Shown in pieces: positions 54,601 to 64,000 of a DNA stretch of 64,000 nt. Made by a program: the position numbers and the translations under genes. Within the stretch, counting starts at the first letter, position 1. Each line of letters opens with the position of its first letter. This DNA is from Balanoglossus misakiensis (Eukaryota; Animalia; Hemichordata): the NCBI GenBank assembly GCA_040954595.2, contig CM082583.2:6322849-6386848 (forward strand), read 5' to 3'. A model generated the notes under the pieces. That model was not told the DNA's origin and did not search any database. It saw only the letters and a list, made by a program, of their open reading frames with translations.

Positions 54601-57334
54601 AATTGGATGTGAGCGATTTTTCCCGTTCTATCCTTTCGAAACTTAATTAAAGCCCACGGCCATTAATGATTTAATCCCCAAAAGACGTAGGAATAGTTTC
54701 AAAATATACTTCCTGTATTAAGAATAATTTTTACCACGGAGGGGAAAATAAAGATTATAGAAACGTACTCGAGCACCGTATAAAAATACCTGCATATTCA
54801 CAAAAAAATATGCTGTCAGACGATCGCCTGCCTGTCTATTCGCCAACTTTTCCCGCGCAATTACATGTACAAGGAAATTTATTGCAACTCGGAAAATGGC
54901 ATCTGTTCTCCGCATCATTTAACCCGAATGCCGTGTAATCAGATCATTCTGTGCCACGTATATTCAGCATTGCTCAAATTGCCCCCGAATATTCTCAAAA
55001 ATCTACAGGAATTCCCGCTTTGTGTCGAGGTTATTAGATTTGCCTCGTTTACATCAGTATCGGTAACTGCACGCACATAGGTTGAAGTGTGAGCCCGCCA
55101 TTCCCTTTCAGAAAATGTGCCGGGTAATTTACTTACAGCTACCCACATAATTTGGTGGTTTGCTCGTGTTAACATCATTAGCCGTCCAGTTAATTATCTT
55201 AATGGAGTTCTAAAAATTACATTTGACAAGTTAACGTTAATTGAATTTTTCTGAAGTCTAGTCCTTTTCAGAATTTGAAAAGAGCACTCCAAAATCACTA
55301 GAAATGTGAATTAAGAGGTAAAGATTGCATTTACACGTGGAATGTCCTGTTTTATCACTTCTTTGTGTGACGTGCAAAGTTGGAAAGTACAAAGAGTTTT
55401 ATGGTAAACTGGTACTTTACCTGTGGATGAATTTGTACGGTTGGTACAGAGTTTTGCGCGTTTGCCTCGATAGATGATAGAGCAGATGGTGATGTCGGGA
55501 TTCTCTGAGACTGGCTTCGTCCAGTATCTTGCGTTGGGTCGTTTTCTTCGTCTTCCATTTCGCCCTTGTCTTTAATTGTCTGTCTGTCGCATTCGCTGCT
55601 CGTTTCGGCCATCGCCATTCTCGTGGTGTCCTGGTCCTCGTCTATGACGTCGATGTCATTCTCCCCGTCATCGCCGCTGGTAGCATCCTCGTCCAAATCG
55701 CTTGTTATCATTTTACGATCTCGTTTGTGGTCGTAATTCGTGGTGAGCTCCGCGTCGGTGCTGTCGAGACGGTTTCCTCCGTGCAAGGACAGATCTGTCG
55801 GCAGCGCTGGCTGGTTGTTCGGACCGCCGTGGCGATCTCTCGTGACCGGCTTAAACGCAGAGACATACTCGTGTGTCTCCCGCAGAAAATGTACCTTCGG
55901 GTCACTGACGTCATCCGTTTTGTCTTCTCCGCTGTGTTTCTTTCTTATCTCAGAATCCCAGGGGCTAAATTTGTCGTCCCCTCGTCTCTCAGTCTCGAAG
56001 CTGTTGGCCAGAGGCGAAGTCAGCTTCACTGGAGAGCTCACCTTGTTTCTGTCCGGGGATAGGTGAGACTGTGGGAAATGTTGGGTTTTGTACAAGTTTG
56101 TATTAGTATTTGGCGACTGCTGGTAGTACCCGTTAATGTTGATACCAAACGCTTTGTTCCATGAATTATACGGCTCTTTACCGCCTCCCCACACGAAGTC
56201 CGGCAGCCCGCGTTTGAAACCGGTCGGGGACAAGTGCTTCTTGGTGACCAAGTCCAGTCCGGAGTAGGGCGGTGTGACCGCCACGTGGTCAGTTTTCTTC
56301 GGCAGAAGCGACTCCCCCTGGACGGAGTAGGTCTTGTTCGGAACTGGCATCAACGGGTAGCCGAACGGTCTGCGCATGGTGTTGTGCAGGACTGACCGTT
56401 CGTAGTCCACCCGGCTCCTCTTTTCTGGTGGTGGGTTGGCCATCCCAAAACCAAACGACGACATTTGGTTCGAAGAGGACGACGACTGGCCGTGCCCGTG
56501 ATGATGAGAGGCATTGCCCATCACCCGCTTTCGACTTCCCCCGTTAAACATAGCTTTGACGTCTTCCCAAGCGTGGGTGAGGTCTGACAGGCTCTCCTTT
56601 GTGGTGAGCTTGATGTGTCGACGCCACGAGTTGAAGTTGGCCGCATCAGGGTGGTTATACTTGGACTCGGGCGTTCGGTGAGAATGAAAGATGAATTTGT
56701 TTGGCGAGAAGTAGATGTTGCAATACGCACATTTGATGCATTTGGCACGGCTGCTATTGTACCGAGAGGGTATGAAGCTTCCCCGGCAGCCCCAGGCACA
56801 CACGTGATAGACGTCAAACGCGAAGTTTTCTGGAAGTTTTGGAGGCAGAGTCTCTTCCAGAAAAGACTTGCACAGTCTCTCCGCCTCTCTCTTGGTGATC
56901 ATCCCGCAGCGGCGAGACGAAATCGGCATGGCCCCCGCTCTGCGGAGGATCTCGAGCTGCACCGGCGTACACTGCACGCAGGTGACGCCCAGGGCCACCC
57001 TCCTGTTGTGGATCTCGTTGTAGCTGTAGTCTTTCAGCAGGGTGTTGGAGATCTGCGCCAGGCAGAGGCGCTCGTGTCCGTCGATCACCAGCGACGCTAT
57101 GGGCACGCCGTTCAGCATAACCGTTCGACAGACGTTGGGGTTAGAAGGCTGAGTTTTAGCTGCGGTGCCTGCGTCGACGACACTTCCCTCCGTCGTCGCC
57201 GTTGACTCGCAGGATTCTATGGGCGACAGTGGCTGTGGGGAGGAATCTTGTGCAGGTTTGTCGTTGGACAGCTCCATTGTAGGCGATGACGAGTCGCTGT
57301 ATGCTGCTGGTATCGGCGACAGTTGTGGTTCCAT
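45681..57334 (-). CDS. SKOR: SKI family transcriptional corepressor (SKOR1/2, Fussel/CORL ortholog)
   Basis: Main exon 57344-55421 (ATG 57334) encodes the Ski/Sno DHD (CRTVMLNGVPIASLVIDGHERLCLAQISNTLLKDYSYNEIHNRRVALGVTCVQCTPVQLEILRRAGAMPISSRRCGMITKREAERLCKSFL), the SAND domain (CAWGCRGSFIPSRYNSSRAKCIKC..C..YFSPNKFIFHSH..ANFNSWRRH) and WEDVKAMFNGGSRKR. Further in-phase exons: 52424-52289, 51829-51764, 51424-51350 (EDLEKALLQEMRMRKKMEQECQLLK), 48724-48650 (DTFQNQVKRELAYREEMSQQLQIVR), 46585-46520/46273 (ETLCHELDAERKARYAIQQKLK) and a last exon from 45708. The exact 3' end is uncertain. Confidence 0.95.
49856..49902. repeat. (GGCA/GACA)n microsatellite in a SKOR intron
   Basis: aggcaggcaggcgggcgggcaggcaggcaggcacagacagacagaca. 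Confidence 0.85.
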
Positions 57335-60300
57335 TGAAGGATATCTGGAAATGTAAATAAATTTATAAATTAAGAATAATGAATTCATTTGTTAAATAAC
57401 TAAATTATGCATGTACATGTATGTACGCTGTGAGTATGCATGTGCTTGTGTCTCACGTGGGACTTACGGAATCGCAATGAATACAATAAGTTGTGCACCA
57501 CTGAAATTCCGTCCATTAATCGATTTTGAGTGACCACGTACTGTTGTCAATCTGCCATATAGCCAGGCGCGTGTACTGTCCGCGGCAAACCGTGACAGAC
57601 AAATAGCAGCGGATGTCTGTTAGGAAGCGGTCGTTAGCGAGAGTTAAATGTGAACAAACTTCATCCCAGAAGTGGTCAGATATCTGAGGTCTGTCTGCGC
57701 TGGACAAAAAAAATCGCTTTTTAGTAGGGTACTTGCGATTGCCGTCACGGTGCCATTAATTGTATAGAACTCTAAGTACTGGTCATTTTCTAGCAATATG
57801 TACAACACGCACAGGGCTTAATTAATCAAGTTTTCAGTGCGGGTCTACAGAGACCCCGGGCCAGGCATTGAAATATTCATAACCGTTATAGCTTCATCTC
57901 ATGGCTATTACACTCGAAAAGATGGACGTTTTTACGCTGACTGATTCCATCGATAATTTGATGTGGAAATCTACCGAGGAATTATTCAAAGAAGAGAAGG
58001 CAGGTCCCAGGAGCTGTGACTCTATGCGCGTCCTGAATCAACGATTAGTTAATAAATACAGCCGTATCGTTTTCATGAAGTTTAAATTTGATAAAGTAAT
58101 AAGGGTATCTTCATTTGACTAGTGTAATTGGACTTGTTTCCGACCATTAATAGAATAATAATTGTAAACATGTCCGTTCAATAAAGCTTGTTAAGTGACA
58201 CTAAACGGGGGAAATTCCGAACCCAATCCACGTAGCCCTTCCCTATCCACCAGAATCACGGGAAAAGCGAGACCTTTTCCCTCCGCCTAACAACCCATGC
58301 ATATCAGCCATCATATCGGGCCGGAGGGACTACCTCGTAAAACTTTTGAACATTGCCCTTTTTGGTTATGTCGAGCCAATGGGGAGAGGAAAATTGGACT
58401 CCCCATCTGTTTGGTGTTGATGATTGTGAGCCGAGCCTTATCTGTACTTCGCTTCGCGTATGTTCTTATCACCTCGGCGGGGAAAAAACCGCCTGTAACG
58501 GATCATTTCCGCAAAGATGGTTATTTTTTTTTTTATAAAACTTTTCTTTTTATCAGAGTTAATGGCCTTGCGGGACCCATCCTAGATGGCGACAGGCGAT
58601 GTCAAAGTTTGGAATAGGAGCGAAAGAATACAACAGGGCTGTAGCGTGAATACAACAGACAATAGAAACGTATAATAACAGGGAAGTCATCAGTCAGGTA
58701 GTCACTGTTGCCGCGGGTCCGCGTCGTCGTGGCGAACGGCGTCTTGTGTCCGCCGCCGCAGAAATAAGGACGCATGACAAGCCGGGATGTGTGGGGCCCA
58801 TACACCGAGGCTACATCCACAGTAAACGATGAAGAATTAACTAACGACTTTAACTGAGTGCTGAAAGCGTTTATTTGAGGGGGGAATTTTATTGCCATTA
58901 CAACTCATCGGAAACACCTATTCAGGGCATGTTTTAAATCTTGTCAATATTTTAGAACAGGTCGAGCCTAGTCATTTTGCAAAGCCACATCGGCGGAAAA
59001 CTGATCGTTTCACGCTATAAATCAAATCGAGTTGGAGAGTCAGGCAGCCGTGTACTTATATAGTTTTCACTCGACTTAGTGTAGGCCTATTAGGGAGTGG
59101 CACTGTATGACATGTAAAACAGTTGACCCCGGCCAACAGTCGATCGTCTCTCCATATACCGTGGGCACGTAATTCGCCGAGGAGCACCACATCATGTATT
59201 TGTGCCACGGCTAATGTACCAAACAACTATACTTAGGCAACTAGACTTATACTCTTCGCCGGTTTCCGCGCTGTTCATGCCGCGCACGGTAATCTTCTTG
59301 TCGGTAAAAGACATCGACGGCAGCTTTTAATAATCGATAGATGTAAGATCTGACAGGTTTGTCATTTTAATAGGACTCGGTGCGACGAGCAGAAAACGGC
59401 TTTGGCATTGATGACGTCATAGTAACTAAAACCGATGGCACGCGTATAAAAAGCTCGTTTCGTGCCTCTCCTTTTGTCCGCTGTGAAGTTTTGACACCTT
59501 ATTGGAAATGACTCAAATTAAAAGGGAATTTTTCACACCGTGAATTGGGCACGGCATCTGCTGTGAACGGTGACAAGTGTCTGCCAGGGATATGAAATTT
59601 TAATTTTCTGATAGACACAGGGCCATGATTTAACATATTCTCTCATCAAAAGGTCGATGCTGTCACGTTGTGCATTTCTGCACATTCTGTCGCCTGAGAG
59701 TAGCGATAGCAATATTACAATGCATATTTCATGAACTTGTATGAGTTAGGTTGACAGCCGCTCATCGATTCATCTCTCCGTCACCCATTATTTAGAAATC
59801 CAAGACAACCAACCACAACACCTCCGCTAATTCAAACCGGTTAAACTCCTCCGAAAGCCATTTTTAAGCTTTCAACGAGACGCCAGTCGACTTTTAACTG
59901 TAATTAATTTGGACAGGACTCGCGCCAGGGTCCGGGTTGGGCCATGAGTGACGTGTAAAGTGTGTTCTGGGGGAGCATGAAAAATTCAAACACTTCATGT
60001 GAAAATATGAATTGAGCGCTTGGGGAACAACACTGATAAATGATTAGTGGATAGCGATGATGAACCAAGCATATGCAACATTAAAACCCATTTAGCTAAG
60101 CCGAATTTAATCCAAAGTTCATTAAATATGGAGAGATTTAGACAGTAGAAGATGGAAATTTATTTTACTCGGCGAGTTATCGCGGAAAGCATTTTATATG
60201 CAAGATAAATAGAACGCCCAAGAAAGATGCGAGTAATACGGGACACAATAAGTTTTAAAGAGGGTCGCGCTGCACACAATAAGTGCGCAGAACTATACTT

Positions 60301-62437
60301 ATAAGAAGACATACAGTACAACGGTTTGAATTCAGACATCACTGCGTTTTAAAAGTGTCTGTTCTGTACCTATAGAAAAATTGATATCACAACATTTCGG
60401 CTATACTGACAGACTGAAACGAAAGATGATGGCCGAGATGAGAAAAAACGTTGGAATTAGAAAATAACCACGAATAAAATGTATGATGTGTATCGGGACT
60501 AAAGCGCCCAAAATTCTGGAGGAAAATCGTTTGAATATGAATAATAATACCAGACACAGATCAGAGAAACAAATTGAACCAGCTTTCGAGGTACTATTTC
60601 CGGCACCCCGTTCTTTTAATTTTGTTAATAGAAAGTTGTTTACCTATAGTTCAGTCACTATTCGAGGTAAATATCTGCTGAATTTGATCTTAAATTCATG
60701 TTTTGGTCAGGGTCAGATAAATCGAATCAAATCGATCGCGAATTTGGTGAAGATATTTCTGTTGTTGCGAAAACTAATGACGTCTTGGTTGAAATTTTCG
60801 CTCGTCTACAACAAGTACGGCGTGGGAACAACCATATCAATTCCACCTTTTCGCGTTTTGAAAAGAGAAAGACAAACAAGAATCTAAACGTCAACAATGC
60901 GATCAATAAAATTGGGACGCCAGAGATTAATAATTTCATTGGCCTTGGACGAGATAGGTTTAATCATTATGACTATTTGGTGGGGGTAGGCTTTTTGTCT
61001 CAGTGCACGCACGTACGCACGCACGCCTGCCGGTTAGTTAGTTAGTTAAATTTTTTGTTTGTTTTCCAGTCTCGGTGATCATGGAGCTGCCTCCAAGCTC
61101 CGTGCTGTGACGATGCTTTAGGTTTCATTTCTCGGTCGGAGGGACGTCTGTATAATAACTAGAAGCTTAACCTGCGCGTGATACTCGTGAGTGGCACAAG
61201 CCACGGATTGTGAGAAGCACTGCTAAAGCACAATGTCTTAAACAATTGAAAACTTAAATATTTCGCTTTGAATTTTAGGTAAAAGTATTTATTTCATTTT
61301 AGGAGAAAAACAACGACGACAGCACGAAAATGATGCATTTAAGCGAATGTGTATGTTGACAAGAATTCGTTTGAGGGTGTTATCTAACAAGTGACAATCG
61401 TATACGTTGTATACCGTATTGATCATCAAACTGCGCGAAACGTCAGATCATGATAAGGACACGAACCGTTGTCGACAATTTATGAATGAAAGATCAATCT
61501 CCGTCATTTAAAAAGTGCCCTTTTGTGTTTTGGGGGGTTTATTTCTCAAACTTGGATGAATTTTAGTACAAACAAGAAACATAGGCACAGCTAGTCCGAT
61601 GATCAAGTGACATCGATCAAACAAGACAAAACACAAACGCTAACCCACGATGACGACGAGAACAACGTCAAACTACAAAATTACAAAATGAAGCTTGCAC
61701 CAAAAACACGAATGGTAATCATTCACGTAAAAATACAATAGAAAGGGCACCGATCCAAAGCGGATCCACATTTTACCTTTCGTTCGTTTTCGCGGAAAAT
61801 TTATGAATCATACGCAGACATCAGTAGGATTTTTGTCGTCAACTACACGAAAAAGCATGCGCTTGTATGCGCTCTATAATGGGGCCCGAGGACAGATTCC
61901 GCTCTGGTTAAAAACTAGGATGAAGGGTAACTCCTTCAAGTACGTTTATCGGCTATCGATGGTGAAACGGAGCTGCAGATTGCCCGGTCTATTGTTTCAA
62001 ATATAGTCACCAGGTTTCGAAAATTAATGGAATTTTAAAACGAAGAAGGCGCTGTAAAAAATCAAGACTTTAGTCATTATTCGTGGAAGTGTTTTACACC
62101 GTTCGTTGACTGTGCTTGTTGTGACAGCATTTGTCGAGACAAGACTAATATTGTCATTTTGTCGAATGTCACGCCGTGAATCTTGTCGTCAAAGTCTCTA
62201 ATGTCGGCCAAATACGGGGAAGGGACAAGAAAACAATGAAATTGGATTTTTGAAAGCAGCTACTCAACGGGTGGGTTATTGTCATCATACTTGACACTAA
62301 AAATCTATCCGAAGATTTATTGACCAAACAAAAACCAACGGTGATATATCGGAGAATTTGTAAGTAAAGTACATTTTCCTACGGTATAACATTTGATTGC
62401 ATGCGTTTCAAAAAAATAAAATGAAGGGAAAACTTAC

Positions 62438-62895
62438 TCGGTTTCCGATGAAAAGCTATCTGACCCGCGGCTCGCTAGACGGGGAAACTGCACTGGCTTG
62501 GCCGTCAAAACTGTCGTGCACAGGTCTGTGGTCGACGCTTCGTCGGCTGATTCAAACTGTAGGCAGTTCCGTTGTTCAGAAACGGCACAAAATCCGTCGG
62601 CGACAAGGGTGAGCGACGACGATGTGACCACGGCCACTTGTTACTGATAGCACTGTCGAGAGAAGCAAAGTTACTGTAACTATTGGTGGTGAGGCGACGG
62701 TGTGGATCAGCTGATTCCTTGAAATAAATCGTCATTGGCAACGGCGACGCTCTATTGGGTGTACTTGTCTGCGGGTGACATAGCCGTGTTTACCACTGTC
62801 AGTCTGATCGGTTGGGGTATTGTGGCGGGCTCGGCTATCTGTTCTACGTCAAACGCTTCAAACAAGTAACGAGAGAGAGAGAGTTTAAATAAATA
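62438..62895 (-). promoter_or_regulatory. Candidate SKOR promoter and 5' untranslated first exon
   Basis: Minus-strand TATTTAAA near 62884-62891, followed by a CpG-rich stretch ending at donor CGA|GTAAGT (62437). The SKOR coding exon has an acceptor at 57345-57346 only 10 nt before its ATG, so it needs an upstream exon. An alternative donor CC|GTAAGT lies at 57467. Confidence 0.45.
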
Positions 62896-63648
62896 GTCGG
62901 AGCCCTCGACATATGGCGAACGCACGCTATTGTGCATTCCCTTTATTAAAGCTCGTTTGAATATGCGAACGTTGCCGGCGATTTAGTTCACAAAACCCCG
63001 CATACGAGGAAGCCCATTAAACACTAGCGCAGTATCATTCACACATGAGATCGCGCTGCCTACAATCTGTCACCCATACTCTTCCTAGAAATGACAAATT
63101 TTCTTATTTACAGTTTGACCAGCCTCGATTTACACCTCCCTGATTGCACGCATAGACCTCAGCCACCAATCGCGCATTTGATAAAGAAAACCATCGAAAA
63201 TAGTGCCGAAAATTATCAGTTTTTAGGTGTGTTAGTTTTTGTTTTCAGAATGATCATATTGCCATAAATCACCTTTCGTAAAATAAAACAGTTGACTACT
63301 GACCCAATCCACAATGAAATGCAAAATCCGAAATATTAATATAATCATAAAGAAAGAGTATTTAAAAAAAGAAAAAGAAAAAAAACACAACGACAGATCA
63401 AAACAAGAACGGACACAGTGGTTTATGCTTACTTTAGCCGTCGCCCAGAACAACACCGATGTATCTTGCGGTCTTAGCCCAAAACCAAACATGGAACTTT
63501 GGGATAAATGAATCTGCGTGGATATCTACAAAGTCTTATATCAACCGAGATCCAGCTCCGCGCCGACAACTTTGAGTGTCTTTTGCACACAATTTTTATC
63601 ACCCGCAACTAATACTTTATTACGAGAGCCGTCATTCAACTTCGACGA

Positions 63649-63712
63649 GCGCATGCGCATTGGCTTTCTGTCGTCACGGGGGAGGATTATTCTCGTCTCC
63701 GTCAACATGGCT
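63649..63712. promoter_or_regulatory. Promoter-like motif cluster (NRF1, CCAAT, YY1-like)
   Basis: GCGCATGCGCA 63649-63659 overlapping ATTGG 63659-63663, and CAACATGGCT near 63703-63712; target gene not identifiable. Confidence 0.35.
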
Positions 63713-64000
63713 CTCTCGTTTCTCTCACCTTTCTGTGGGACAGTCAAACTGAAACGGAACAGAGTGACATCACAGAAGAGACTATATTAAGAACGGCTAT
63801 GATAACACGCTGCTTGGGGTAGCCTTAAATATGTTGTTTTGATGATATGCACGAACAAACCTTAAGGGGGGCGGAGGGGGAAACGGGTATATTTTTGATT
63901 AATATTTTCCCAGCGGAGGAGACGCTTGACGTGTGGTCAGTCAGTGATCGATATAGAGCACAGTATTTGTTGAGAATGTGCGAAAGTTGTGCTAATTTCA

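Noticed and set aside
55529-57356. Plus-strand ORFs of 63-196 aa opposite SKOR
   Set aside because: Antisense shadows of a GC-rich coding exon.
1-64000. Prokaryotic-type systems (CRISPR arrays, operons, defence islands) and tRNA/rRNA genes
   Set aside because: The sequence is intron-containing animal DNA; no regularly spaced direct repeats or structural RNA signatures were seen by eye. tRNAscan-SE or Infernal would be needed to exclude small ncRNAs.

Overview
Eukaryotic genomic DNA from an invertebrate animal, probably a marine lophotrochozoan (inferred from gene set, short GT-AG introns and TACATGTA enrichment; the species cannot be determined). Six protein-coding loci are supported. (1) An uncalled minus-strand ORF of at least 449 codons runs off the left edge; its N-terminus looks like a divergent Ski/Sno/Dachshund-type winged-helix domain. 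(2) An 8-exon GTPBP3/MnmE mitochondrial tRNA-modification GTPase (+) has one GC-AG intron. (3) A multi-exon GOLM1/GOLM2(CASC4)-like Golgi type II membrane protein (-) has an internal 32-aa repeat, a 20-nt microexon and an acidic tail. (4) A Tctex1-domain dynein light chain has an intronless CDS (+). (5) An uncharacterised 429-aa protein with a CRYLR motif (+) is preceded by a dense cluster of RFX X-boxes. (6) A SKOR/Fussel/CORL corepressor (-) lies in a large non-coding, homeodomain-site-rich landscape. The window also holds an 84-bp TTAA-flanked piggyBac-like MITE, micro/minisatellites and promoter motifs. No rRNA, tRNA, CRISPR or autonomous transposon was recognised. Exon boundaries were read by eye and are predictions.
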